Below, piece by piece: positions 11,013 through 23,781 of a stretch of 64,000 nt of DNA. A model generated the notes under the pieces. It searched no databases, was not told where the DNA came from, and worked only from the letters and a program-made list of their open reading frames with translations. Origin of the DNA: Octopus vulgaris (Eukaryota); contig OX597826.1 in the NCBI GenBank assembly GCA_951406725.2, positions 71,548,001 through 71,612,000 of the forward strand. The letters run 5' to 3'. Both the position numbers and the translations under genes were made by a program. Within the stretch, counting starts at the first letter, position 1; each line of letters opens with the position of its first letter.

Positions 11013-12993
11013 ACATTCATCTATGATCAGGTTAGTGGTACTCTACTTCATTAAGACATACATTTATGTACTGGTTTTCAATATTCTTTCAGTGATTTTC
11101 TTCAGTTTTCTCAAAGCTATACTGGTTAAAACCTTCGTTGCAAAGCTCAGAAAAAAGCTCCACAACAATTAGAGGTTGCTTTTCAGTACCAGTTGAACAC
11201 TGGAGTCGATGTAATCAACTCATCCCTCCCCCAAAATGGGTACCCTTGTGGAAAAATTTGAAACCATTGTTATTTAAGTCAGCAAGCTGGCAGAATTGTT
11301 AGCACACTAGCCAAAATGCTTAGCAGTATAGCATTTGTGTTTATGTTTTGAGTTCAAATCCTGCTGGAATTGATAAATTAAGTACCAGTGAAACACTGGG
11401 GTTGATATTATCAACTTATCCCCTCCCCCAAAATTTCAGGCCTTATGCCTTTAGTAGAAAGGATTATTATTATTGAGTGAGAGAGCAGTGCATGCCATCA
11501 AAATGACACATTGGGATAAAATATACGAAGCCCAGTATACCCATCATGGCCAGCTCCTGTCAAGCCATCCAACCCATGCCAGCATGGGTTGGATGATGAT
11601 GCTTTAATTCACCTTGCTTTTACTGGGAATAGGTACTAGATCTATCTAGTTCAGCTTCAGATCAGAATCTATCTCTCATCTCAGTAAGCCTTGCCATTGG
11701 ATTCACACTTTGGTTCTCATTACAGTGCTGGTTTACATCAACTTATTCTACATTCGGCTTATCACATTATAAAACCTCCCATCACCAAGAGAGTATCTCC
11801 ATCAGTCATCAGAGATTTTTCTACTAAGCAGTTTAATTACTGCTACCCTGTATTGTTAAACTGCTGTAACCACCAGGCTTTCTATAAGTACCACCAAGTG
11901 TTGTTGTTTTCAAAGTTAGAATTTTCAAGTTCTGTTTCTGGTTTTATTCTGTTTTAATTTCATTCATGGAGCATTTGCATGCTTTATCAGAAGTTACCCT
12001 AGTCTCTAACCAGTTTTGTGTTCTTTACCAAGTATTTTAGCAGTTAGTGTTATTGTGTGCATTATGTATAATTGATTGTCTCAATTCAATTCCTTATCGA
12101 TGCTTATTTTATCAACTTTCAAGGAAACAATAGTTAAACCTGACTTTGTCTAGATTTGAACTCAGAAATACAAGCCAGTAAACTACACTACAGTTAAGTA
12201 TTCAAACAACAATCTACAGTCTTGGCTGCCACACTTCCTGAAACTATATTAATAATAACAAGACAAATAATGCAGATAATGATGTAAGCCATCAACATTA
12301 TCACCATTAACAGCACCATCACTCCCATCTCTCTTTTATTGGTAGAGATTTAATTATATTTCTATATTGTGTGTTATTTTACTTTCATATTATTTATACT
12401 TTGTTCTTTTACTTAGTAAGCTGACTATGATATTATATAGGTTGTATCAAGTTAGCATAATTCTGGTTTCCATTTCCTTCTGAAAAAGATCAATACTTGA
12501 TTATGTTTTGGTTGGCTGCCAATTGGCTTATTTGGTTGGATTTATTTAGATTTTCCCAAGAAGGGAATATTCTATCATAGCTTAACTATTTTTTTTTTAA
12601 TATCATTAATGATTACAAGGTGGCAAGCTGGCAGAGTTGCTATCATGCCAAGCTAAATGCTTGTGGAATTCCATCTGTCTTTATCTTCTGACTTCAAATT
12701 CTACCAAAGTCGACTTTGCCTTTCTTTCTTTCAGGGTTGATAAAATAAGTACCAGTTGAGCACTCTGGTCAATGTAATCAATTACCCTACCACCTGCACC
12801 AAAATTGCTGGCCTTATCCCAAAATTTGAAACCAATATTTATTTAAGATTATGTTGGTTTTAAAACAGTTGATATCTCTCTTGCTGTGTTTTCTTTGTAG
12901 TTTGACTTAATGATTACTAACAAATATACTTCACCATTCTGTAACAGTTGTTATTGATAACTTTTCTTTCTTCAACAGAGCCACTGCTGATTA

Positions 12994-13034
<41 letters not shown>

Positions 13035-13215
13035 TCTCTCTCTCTCTCTCTCTCCCCTCTCAGTTTCACTGATACTACTTTTATTGATTCAGATGAATAA
13101 GTCAACCTCCGCAAAATTCAAAACTGCAATAAATCACCATAATAAACACTAGAAATTTCATCTGGCTAACTATCAGGTCTGGTGTGGCCACTATGACATG
13201 AATTTTTTCTTTAAA

Positions 13216-13585
13216 CTAGCAGTATCGCCCGGCGTTGCTCGGGTTTGTTTCGACCCTTTAGAATTGGAATTTTTGAAAAATAAAAATTTTGCATTATGTA
13301 GCTTGTTGTTCTCTTTAAGTGAACATTTTTCTGGTTGAAATACACCGAAAAATCGTTAAAAAATAGGTATTTTCATAGAAAAAAAAGCATCTTTTTCGTG
13401 TAAATAATTTTTGGTGTTAACATGGTCCGATTTGAATTTTTTCTTCTACAGAAGGAAGAACAAGCCTTCTTCTATCATACTCTCAAATTTGGTCAACTTG
13501 CACTGCAGGTTCTCAGAGGAGATAGTGTTAGTTGAAGGCTACTAAACCTGGCATACTCAGACAACTTCAGCTTTATATATAGAGA
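13216..13585 (-). mobile_element. Non-autonomous Helitron
   Basis: Minus strand begins TCTCTATATATAAAGCTGAAGTTG and ends CCCGAGCAACGCCGGGCGATACTGCTAG, inserted between A and T. Confidence 0.85.
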
Positions 13586-13999
13586 TAACCTTGTTTTTAA
13601 CCTAACTAGTTATATGAACATCTTGAACCTGGGATGCATTGCAGGTGAATCCAGGACCCAGTTTTCAACCATGCAACATTGCTAATAATAAAACTAAAAA
13701 GTTTTGAAGTATTTATCTCCATTTCCATTTAGTTTTAAGACAGTTGTAGTCAAATGACACTTTTTGTTTTCTTCCAAAGAAAAGTCATTTACACCTGCAA
13801 CCTTTTCTTTTTTTTTTTTTGTATTTTTTGTTTGCTTCCGTCTGATGAACACCTTTCTTTCATTATGTTCTTTTTTCTATTTTCAAGCTTCAATTCATCA
13901 TGTGAGAACTTCTGGACTATCTTCTCCTCCCACACCAGATGACATTATTTGGGGAGAAAGTATAAGAAATAAATAGTCTCCCCAGGAAATTCGGTCGCT

Positions 14000-15313
14000 A
14001 TGCGGTGTCGTAAAGTTGCAACCTTCACTCTGCTATTTACCATTTTAGGACTCTATTTTATGCTGTCTAGCAAGTACAAATATGTATACTATCACACTAA
14101 AGAAAACCATGATAAACCTATAATAACATCACTTCCCAGCCTAAGGGTCACTAACAAGCTACCATCATCATTGAATAATAAAAGTAACACCTCTATCTTC
14201 AATATCACCACCACCACCACCACCATGAAGACTACAAAACAGAAACAAGAACCGAAAAGGAGCATTCATCGTAAAACTGCATACCCATTAACTATAGACA
14301 GTCCTTACCTCATAAACAATCCAGATATCTGTAAAGAGGAGAAAGATTTGACTTTCATTGTTATTGTCCATACAGCTCCTGACCACACAGATCGACGCCT
14401 TTCAATACGGCAAACCTGGGCCAACAAACATTTCTTTAGAAACATGTCCCTGAGGATTGTCTTTTTGTTAGGAAGAAGTGATAACCCCCAAATCGAATTC
14501 CGCATTAAAAACGAAAATCTTATCTACGGAGACCTAGTGCAGGGTGACTTTAAAGATTCTTATAGAAATTTGACACACAAAGGTGTTCTCGGTTTCAGGT
14601 GGATAACTGAAAACTGCCAACATGCCAAAATGGTGATCAAGGTAGACGATGATGTCTTTGTGAACATTTTTAAGGTATACAAAGAGGTTTACCTGAAATA
14701 TAAAAACCTTTCTCATTATATTCTCTGTCATGTTCGCAAGAAAAATACAAGTCCAATTATTAGGTCAAAAGATCATCTAAAATGGAAAGTCAATGACGAC
14801 GAGTTCCGTGGTTTTACACATTACCCAACTCCGTATTGTAATGGTTACGCTGTGTTTATTGCACCTGATCTCATACGAGGCATGTACCAGGCCTCTTTCA
14901 CCACACCTTTTTTCTGGATAGATGATGTTTATCTGTATGGACTGCTACCATCAAAGATAGCCAATGTAACATACCACAGTTTGGTGGGTTCTTTCAATTT
15001 GAATGAAATTACAACTTTGAAGTGTTTCTCTGACAGCAAAATCTGTAAATATTTGGTAGGTAATTCCTGGCGCAGTGGAAATATGGTAAAACTGTGGTTG
15101 TCAACATTAGCAAAACTGGACAAGAACTCTCAGAGCTTAATTGACCATCAGGTCATATCAGACACTATGCACATAAACTTGACCCAAGCTTTACATGAGA
15201 TAAACAAAGAAGTATATAAATTGTACCCTACTAAACCTCCACAAAAGAAAACCCCCGAAAAGAGTGTTGTGACAAACAAGAAAGCTGCAAAGGAATCAAA
15301 ACAGAAGGTATAA
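14000..15313 (+). CDS. Glycosyltransferase family 31 (beta-1,3-galactosyltransferase-like) type II Golgi membrane protein, single coding exon, 437 aa
   Basis: Only long non-repetitive ORF. Short basic N-tail (MRCRK), TM helix, Thr-rich stem, then GT31 motifs: RRLSIRQTWA, VFLLG, YGDLVQGDFKDSYRNLTHK, KVDDDVFVN (DxD), YPTPYCNG, IDDVYLYG. Confidence 0.95.
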   Translation: MRCRKVATFTLLFTILGLYFMLSSKYKYVYYHTKENHDKPIITSLPSLRVTNKLPSSLNNKSNTSIFNITTTTTTMKTTKQKQEPKRSIHRKTAYPLTIDSPYLINNPDICKEEKDLTFIVIVHTAPDHTDRRLSIRQTWANKHFFRNMSLRIVFLLGRSDNPQIEFRIKNENLIYGDLVQGDFKDSYRNLTHKGVLGFRWITENCQHAKMVIKVDDDVFVNIFKVYKEVYLKYKNLSHYILCHVRKKNTSPIIRSKDHLKWKVNDDEFRGFTHYPTPYCNGYAVFIAPDLIRGMYQASFTTPFFWIDDVYLYGLLPSKIANVTYHSLVGSFNLNEITTLKCFSDSKICKYLVGNSWRSGNMVKLWLSTLAKLDKNSQSLIDHQVISDTMHINLTQALHEINKEVYKLYPTKPPQKKTPEKSVVTNKKAAKESKQKV

Positions 15314-16194
15314 AGATGTGGTATGGGAGCTGGAGGGTGAAATAAAAGATTGAATGGGATCTGGAGGACTGAGGGATATTTTCCATTTCTTTGGGGGATT
15401 TACATGTGCGTGTGTATCTATATTGTGTGTGTAAAAATATATATATATACATATACACACACAGCATGTTCTTGTGGATAATGTACGAATGTGCCATATT
15501 GTGTGTGTGTCGGTACATGTGTGTTTGTGTGTATATTGTGTGAGCACACATGCCTAATACACATTATTATAAAGCATAGAAGAATCAATTGGAAAGACCT
15601 TTCTCAAGTTATGTGACTGTGATAATGTCAAAAGAACAATAAAGTATTATAATTGAACTAAAATATATCCAAACAGAAAAAATATCTGAACTAAAAGAAA
15701 TTTGTCATATTTTCCATTTTCCTTTTTCTGTTTGATATAACAAAAAGAAAATCATAATTGTTAACTAAAAAAATTCTGGATTTGAATGTGTGAAACTATA
15801 TAAGAATGAAAATAGAAGATTATTTATCATTAAAAATGTAATGTTAACATGATTTTGTTGTTTAATATTCTACCTGTTTTTATATATATCATCATCATCG
15901 TTTAACGTCCGTTTTCCGTGTTAGCCCGGGTTGGACGGTTCGACCGGGGTCTGGGAAGCCAGGAGGCTGCACCAGGCTCAGGGAGTATAACTCCAAACTT
16001 ACAGGGAAAAATTTAATTTAGTATTAAATCAAATTTCACAGTTTAAATATATAAAATATGAATTAGAGATAAAACCACTTAAAAAAAAAATTATTTATAT
16101 TATTTGTTATTTATGTATTGGTTTATGTCTATCACTGTTTGAGTTGCATAATAGTGGTTTTATCTCTAATTCATATTTTATATATATATATATA

Positions 16195-17232
16195 ATGTAG
16201 TCTGATCATTAAGTATCTGGACTGTTGCCATAGTAATGAGGCTAAGGCACACAATGAAGCTGGTTGACACGAGTTGGTCTTGAACTCTGCTCTGCATGTG
16301 CACTGTTTTAACATTCTAGCTCATTTCCACTGTTTACAGCAGTGCTTGGAAGGAATGTGTGTAGTGTGTGATTGTCGCTTTGACCATGAATTTGCATAAA
16401 ATTTTACCAAAAGCTTGGAGATACCTGCTCAGAGGCCTATGCAATGTTGCAGAAAGTGTATGGAGAGGAGTGTTTGAGCTGGAAAAAAATGTTGATAGTG
16501 ACAAGTGTTCTGGGAGACCTGCAACCAGCAAAGTTGAGAAAAACATTGCAGATGTTCATGCAGCCACGAGGGTGGGGGAAATCATCGAATCACCATTTGT
16601 GAATTATCAGAGAATGTGCAGATTAGTTATGGTTCAGTTCAGTCCATTATCACTGAAGACTTGGGTATGAAACACATGACTGCCAAGTTTGTGCCAAAAC
16701 TGCTCTCAGCTGATAACATACCTGCTCATTCAGCACAGCTTGCATAGCAATTTTTGGCTAGGCACAGGATTCCCCAGGTCCAGCAGCCACCATATTCCCC
16801 AGATCTCACCCCATGTGACTTTTTCCTCTTTGCAAACATCAAGTCCTGCTTAAAAGGAAGATTTCAGGACATTGAGGAAATCAAAGTGAATGTGACAAGG
16901 CAGCTACTGATTACCCCGAAAAAACAAGTTCCAGGAATGCTTCCATCATCATCATCATCATCGTTTAACATCAGCTTTCCATGCTAGCATGAGTTGGACG
17001 ATTTGACTGAGGACTGGCGAACCAGATGGCTGCACCAGGCTCCAATCTTGATCTGGCAGAGTTTCTACAGCTGGATGCCCTTCCTAACGCCAACCACTCT
17101 GAGAGTGTAGTGGGTGCTTTTTATGTGCCACTGGAAGGGGACTACTTTGAAGGAGATTAAATGCCAAAATTGGTACATGTTGTTTTGTTTCTATAGTGTC
17201 ATTTTGGATATTTATTGATCAGGCCTTGTATA
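16195..17232 (+). mobile_element. Degenerate mariner element interrupted by a family-R fragment (16945-17135)
   Basis: TIRs GTCTGATCATTAAGTATCTGGAC and TGGATATTTATTGATCAGGCC. Fragments SGRPATS, AKFVPKLLS and QPPYSPDLTPCDFFLF. Confidence 0.85.
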
Positions 17233-17406
17233 TAGTAATACATAAAGGTAAGCATCAAGGTGAAATGTAAGGAGATAGTAATCTTCAAGCAGTCCAGAGA
17301 AGGTATAAAAAAAAAACAACTTTCAAGAACAACAGAGGTTTAGTGACGTAGAAGGTTGTAAATATTGCCTATATCGAGTTTTCGATAAGCTGAAAAAATT
17401 GTTTAA

Positions 17407-17760
17407 TCTCTCTATATATAAATGGCAAAATGTCTGTCTGTGTGTGTGTCCTTTATACAAATCCACCATTTTTCAGTTAGAGGGCTCACACTTTCTATGG
17501 TCATTCAAAACCGTCCAAGGGTGGTCGTGCATATCTTTACATTTCCCCAGTTACCCTGCAAAGCCATTAAAAAATCAATAGAAGTTACTTTTTTGTGAAT
17601 TTTCTATCCAAAACCCAATCATAATGCCCAAAACTTGATATGCCAATTGAATGCCAGCTAGCTGTATGTGATTGGTCAGAGATTTGGACAGTACTCGCAT
17701 GTATGTGCGCACGCACGCAGCTGTATATGCCGGGTCGTAGTGCTAGTAACTTATGATTAG
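17407..17760 (+). mobile_element. Helitron-like 5' fragment
   Basis: A|TCTCTCTATATATAAA...TGTCTGTCTGTGTG start, as in the other Helitrons here. The 3' terminus was not found. Confidence 0.5.
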
Positions 17761-18311
17761 CAACAGATGTTGGACATAGAGTAGAAATATATAAATGCAC
17801 TGTGTTAAAATAATCTGAAAATTTGAAAACCCTCAAATGGTAAATTGTTGACAGAATGGGACAAAGGAAAACACTGGAATGGAGCCAACAAGTTCTGAAA
17901 GCCATCAATGGAGAATTGAAGAAATTCACTTGTAAATCATATAACAGCTAGAACAACAAATGCGATCTGTACATCACAAAAGTCTTCTCTGTTATGCAAT
18001 TCGTCAATTGTTTGAATGAATTAAATCTGATTTTTATTGCCAAAACAAATTATGCAACACTTTCTCAAAGTACAAATAACAGTGCCCCACCTCCCCCACA
18101 TCATTCCATAATTATACCTCTGTCCCCTCTTCACAGCACTTCTATGTAATTATACCAAACAACTTTCTGACTACCTTCATAATTTTTACATCATTTTATT
18201 ATTATATTTCTTTATTTTTTTCATATTTTTTGTTATTTGTATTCCTTTATAGCTTTCCTAGCATTTTTACCGCCTTATACCTTCCTTATTTCAGTAATAT
18301 GTTACACAGAC

Positions 18312-18690
18312 AGGCGTAGGAGTGGCTGTGTAGTAAGTAGCATGCTTACCAACCACATGGTTCCAGGTTCAGTCCCAGTGTGGCACCATGGGCAAGTGTC
18401 TTCTACAATAGCCTCAGGCCGACCAAAGCCTTGTGAGTGAATTTGGTAGGCGGAAACTGAAAGAAGCCCGTCATATATATGTATACATATATATGACGGG
18501 CTTCTTTCAGTTTCCGCCTACCAAATTCACTCACAAGGCTTTATACATATATATGTATGTGTGTGTCTATATGTTTGTGTGTCCGTGTTTGTCCCCCCCC
18601 CAACATCGCTTGACAACCGATGCTAGTGTGTTTAGGTCCCCGTAACTTAGCGGTTCGGCAAAAGAGACCAATAGAATAAGTACTAGGCGT
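18312..18690 (+). mobile_element. SINE family B copy containing a perfect 118-bp palindrome (18425-18542)
   Basis: Family-B head and tail with an inverted duplication centred on GTATAC at 18481-18486. Confidence 0.85.
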
Positions 18691-21303
18691 ACATGAGAAT
18701 ATACAATTGCCTATGTGCACATATGCACCTTCTAGATTCTACCTGCACACAAAAAATACGTGTGAGCATGCCAATGTGCACTTACATAGTTTTAAAATAA
18801 AGTAACACACAAACAACTTACCTAGAACTACTGTGTTCCCCTAGCGACCAGAAACACCTCTCACCTCTCCTAACAAATTCTTAATTGACACCATTCCTAC
18901 ATCGTCTTTCTCTTTGGACTCTGTTTAAATGTATTTATAGAGTGCCACAATATATATTTCTTTACTACCCATAAGGGGCTAAACACAGAAAGGACAGACA
19001 AACGGATTAAGTCGATTACATCGACCCCAGCGCGTAACTTGTACTTAATTTATCGACCCTGAAAGGATGAAAGGCAAAGTCGACCTCGGCAGAATTTGAA
19101 CTCAGAACATAACGGCAGACGAAATACGGCTACGCATTTCGCCAGTTGTGCTAACATTTCTACCAGCCCGCAGCAATATATTTATTTATTTATTCTACAG
19201 TAGGCCAGTGAATGACCCCAGTCTAAATTCACTAAGACGTACCCCCACCACTACTTGCACCCCTCTTCTTTGACTTTTCATATTACTCTTTTACTTGTTT
19301 CAGTCATTTGACTGTGGCCATGCTGGAGCACCGCCTTTAGTCGAGCAAATCGACCCCGGGACTTATTCTTTGTAAGCCTAGTACTTATTCTATCGGTCTC
19401 TTTTGCCAAACCGCTAAGAGACGGGGACGTAAACACACCAGCATCGGTTGTCAAGCAATGCTAGGGGGACAAACACAGACACACAAACATATATATATAT
19501 ACATACATATATACGACAGGCTTCTTTCAGTTTCCATCTACCAAATCCACTCACAAGGCTTTGGTTGCCCCGAGGCTATAGTTGAAGACACTTGCCCAAG
19601 ATGCCACGCTGTGGGACTGAACCCGGAACCATGTGGTTGGTAAGCAAGCTACTTACCACACAGCCATTCCTGCGCCTTATTCTTATTCTTTTCTTAAACA
19701 AGTTTATCCACTCCCGTGTATTACTTCTTCACCAAAATGCTTTCCCTTTTCTTCTCAGTATTTATGCTTTCCGTGCATTTTTGATTGACTCTCCTGCGAG
19801 TCAACATGGGATCACTTGACAATGTAAACTCCTTTTGATTAAAGTATCTTTGGGCCCAATGAGTAGCTAGCAGATTACCCATCATTTGGATAATTACTAT
19901 TTCTGAGTTTCTGCTAACTATGAAACAAATAGCCTGGATATTATCTACTCCATTCCCCAATTGTGTGTGTGTGTCATGGAAGGAATGACTTGTGACTGAG
20001 ACCTTTTGGCAATATGCTGTGCTCAAGAAGAACTATCAAGTCAAGTGAAATCGTAATTGTGGGCCAGTGCCAGTGCTACATAACTGGCACCCTTGCCAGA
20101 GGAACATAAAAAGCACTTTTCAAGTGTTCTGCCTCACAGGGACATTGACTGAGACCTTTAGCAATACGACATACTTGAGTAGAAACCCATCAAATTAAGT
20201 GAAATTGTAGCCGTGGCAGAGATACTGGTGTCACACAATTGGTACCTGTGCCGGTGGCATGTAAAAGTACCCATTACACTCTCAGAGTGATTGGCATTAG
20301 GAAGGGTATCCAGCTGTAGAAAACCATGCCAAATCAGACTGGAGTCTGGTGCAGCCCGTCGACTTACCAGCTCTGGTCAAACTGTCCAATCCATGCCAAC
20401 ATGAACAACGCATGTTAAATGATGATGATGATGATGATGATGATTATATGTGTAATGCGGAAAGCTGGCAGAATCGTTGGCACGCCAGGCGAAATGCTTA
20501 GTGGTATTTCATCTGCTGCTACGTTCTGAGTTCAAACTCTGCCGAGGTCAACTTTACCTTTCATCCTTTTGACAATAACACATTGACTGTACATCCGTGC
20601 TAGTGGAGCGCTAAGAGTACCATCCGAGCATGACCATTGCCAAAGCAACAAGCTGGCCTCCATGCCGATGGCACGTAAAAAGCACCATTCGAGCGTGATC
20701 GTTACCTGCGTTGCCTTACTGGCACTTGTGCTGGTGGTACGTGAAAAAACATTCGAGCGAGATCGTTGCCAGTGCTGCTGGACTGGCTCCTGTGCAGGTG
20801 GCACATAAAAAACACCATCTGGTTCGCCAGACCTCAGTCAAATCATCCAACTCATGCTAGCATGGAAAACGGATGTTAAACGATGGTGATGATGATGATT
20901 GTACATATTCTATGCAGACAAATCTGTTTGAAATCTACAAGAGCAAAATGATGCAGGAAGTCAGCACTGAGAATAGGATATGGAAAATCCACTTGAACTG
21001 GTGCCCCAAATTAAGATCCAAAATCATAAATTTCTCACGATAAGTGGAAATAGAATAGTTAACAGCTTATAATATAAAAGCTAATGGTTTCTGTGAATTG
21101 AATAAAAATTTAGCTGACCAAGTGCTGCAAGCTGCTCCTGTATCAACAAGGAATCAATGCTTTGAATTGGTTTCACCAAAAAGACACGATATATTGAAAC
21201 TTTAACCAGGGATGTAGTTGCCCTTAATCACTGGTGACACCATTTTCCTGCAATTGAGAAAATGACTTGAAAGGACATGGCTGAGTACACCTGTGTGCAT
21301 TAA

Positions 21304-21470
21304 CCCATTCGTTACCAACCTGGCTGGAACTGCCTCTGGCTCTGTAGTACAAATGTCTTGTTTTCTTAAGTTTTGAATTAAAATCTTCCATCAAACCTTA
21401 GTCACAAGTTATGTTCCTAACACTAGCTTAATGGTAACTAAGTTATTTTTCTAAATTCTTTCTTATATTG
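21304..21470. mobile_element. Truncated piggyBac-type MITE
   Basis: TTAA|CCCATTCGTTACCAACC start; reverse complement of part of 28249-28460. Confidence 0.7.
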
Positions 21471-21991
21471 AGATGGCTAATGGTAAAAGTGGCAGGGAAA
21501 GGACAAGGGAGAAAAGACCATTGCAGCTATACATGGGTTATTGGTAGATGGTTGAATAGGAAATAGTAAGAGCAGCATGATGGAGATAACCACAAAGATG
21601 TGTCATGGTAAGGCTGAGAGGGATATGGGACATCTTGGAATGGCTGTTTTAGTGCTGCCTGTTTGGCGTCACCGATTCAATGCTGACTTATTTGAGATCG
21701 GACATTTTAATGTTTTTCACTCCTTCTCTACATCTCCCACCCCTCTCTCTCTCTCTCTTTCTCTATCTCTCTCTCTCAGTATGTGTGTGTACATTTCTGC
21801 ATCATGTGTGTGTATGTGTGTTTGCCTCTTGTGCCAAAACAGGTACCATTGCCAAAACAAGTTCTTAGTCCAAACAACTGCACCTAGTTGCCTCATTCTG
21901 GATGAAGTGATTGATAAGAACAGAGACAGATTGTAGTGACTGTGGCAGATGTCAACTAGAACACACACACACCACACACACACACACCACA

Positions 21992-22038
<47 letters not shown>

Positions 22039-22252
22039 TAAACAGTTTTTAATCCACCAAATCCTACTCACAAAGTATTCATCAACCCGGAGCTTTATCA
22101 CAAGACACTCAACAAAGTTTTCTAGGTTGTTGAATAAGCAGATTAAAAACTCCTTAAATAGACAGCAAAATTTTCCCCAGCCAGAACACAATTAAAAGCA
22201 AACAAAACACAAACAGTTTTCTGCAAATTTATTTTCCTGGTTTAATAAAAGA

Positions 22253-22410
22253 TTATTCAACAAATCGATAGTTGTCACTAACTATCTTCCAAACGTTCTC
22301 TTGAGATGTGAGAATGAAATGCTGATGGAATGCTTTGGATTTCTTTCTTGGGAATTTTACCAGACCAAACGTCGTGACCCCAATAGTTGTCTGCCCTTGT
22401 GAAACAACAT
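22253..22410 (-). CDS. NXT1: NTF2-related export protein (NXT/p15), last coding exon
   Basis: Polypyrimidine tract then catttcAG|AT. The phase matches the previous exon (G|AT = Asp). Encodes DVVSQGQTTIGVTTFGLVKFPRKKSKAFHQHFILTSQENVWKIVSDNYRFVE*, matching the NXT C-terminus (QTTVLV..GSVKF...FNQNFILTAQ...WKIASDCFRF). AATAAA on the minus strand at 22228-22233. Confidence 0.92.
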
Positions 22411-23287
22411 CTGAAATGAGAGAAAGGGAGAGAGAATAGATTATAAGGATTTTGACCTCAACAAATTGATTTAAACTAGAAGCATTTTACAGCCGAAAAT
22501 GGATTAAACATGTTGTGCCGGTGGCATGTAGGAGGCACCATTCGAGCGGGATCCTTACCAGCATCGCCTTACTGGCACCTGTGCCACTGGCATGTGTAAA
22601 AAAATTTTGAGCGAGGTCGTTGCCAGTATCACCTGACTGGCCCCTGTGCCGGTGGCACGTAAAAGCACCCACTACACTCTTGGAGTGGTTGGCATTAGGA
22701 AGGGCATCCAGTTGTAGAAACTCTGCCGGATCAAGACTGGAACCTGGTGCAGCCATCTCGTTCGCCAGCCCACAGTCAAAATCGTCCAACCCATGCTAGC
22801 ATGGAAAGCAGACGCTAAACGATGATGATGATGATGATTACTCAATCCTTCTCACACTGCTGTTCCACTCCATCCCTTGACCCACAATGAGTAGTTTTTT
22901 TAACCCTACTGGGAACCCTCACACTTCCTGGCCCATGCTATTTCAATCTGAACATGAACCAACAGTCAAGTCACAACTACCAATCTTTCCTTTTCATAAC
23001 AAACAAAATAAAATATTTTATAGTATGCATTCGGTTACATAAACAAACACACACTATCCCCCAACACTACCATCGCCAGCATCACCATCATCATCACCAC
23101 CACCACCATCATCATTGTATTGTCTGGTTTTCTACGCTAGTATGGATTCAACAAGTTTCACAACATTCCCTCGCTTTCTGGCAAACACAACAGAGAAAAC
23201 CCCAGCTGAGTATGTTGTCGTAGGCATGGTCCTTATGACTGATTGCTCTTTCTATCACTAACTCCACTCTACACCCTGGATAGCATG

Positions 23288-23781
23288 TCATCTTGCAAAC
23301 AACTAGCACATGCAAGTGCTATTAGTCAAAAGCTCCCCACACCGGAAGCCAGCAAGTGTATGGGGTCATCAGGAGAGAATGCATGCCATTTCGGGGCCTA
23401 CCTCTCAACGGCATCAATGCGCCCCCCCCCCCTGATATGAGGCCCTGCTTGCTAAATCAGCTGGTTATCAAATAAAGCTCAATATTCTTCTAGCCATCGC
23501 TCATCATCTCTTTTTAACCAAATCCAGTGGCTAGCCTTCTCCACTGTAGTTTGGATATCGGTCATGGTGGTATTGACTTTACGATGAGTTAGGCCTAAAG
23601 ATAACAACCAATCGCCTCATACTGTGTCCAACAAACCCTCTACATCCAAAAATGTTCCGCTTTCCAGCTTGCATCTTCACATTCCTCGAGGAGGTTTACA
23701 TAACAGTCAATCTTGTGAGCCCGAGCGGCGTCCATATTATCTTCATGAGGAACCGTTAACTTGACTAGATTCACAACTTTC
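23288..23781 (-). mobile_element. 5'-truncated Hero-like non-LTR retrotransposon (REL endonuclease C-terminus plus 3' UTR)
   Basis: Minus strand translates, with small indels, to KLTVPHEDNMDAARAHK...LLEECEDASWKAE...GCRGFVGHS...VEKASHWIWLKR, the ELTVPWE/GCRGF/ASRWLW pattern of Hero REL domains. Flanked by 63-bp direct repeats. Confidence 0.8.

Noticed and set aside
10732-23567. Inverted repeats bracketing the GT31 gene as ends of a giant transposon
   Set aside because: Both are independently truncated 3' ends of a Hero-like LINE, and one has its own flanking duplication.
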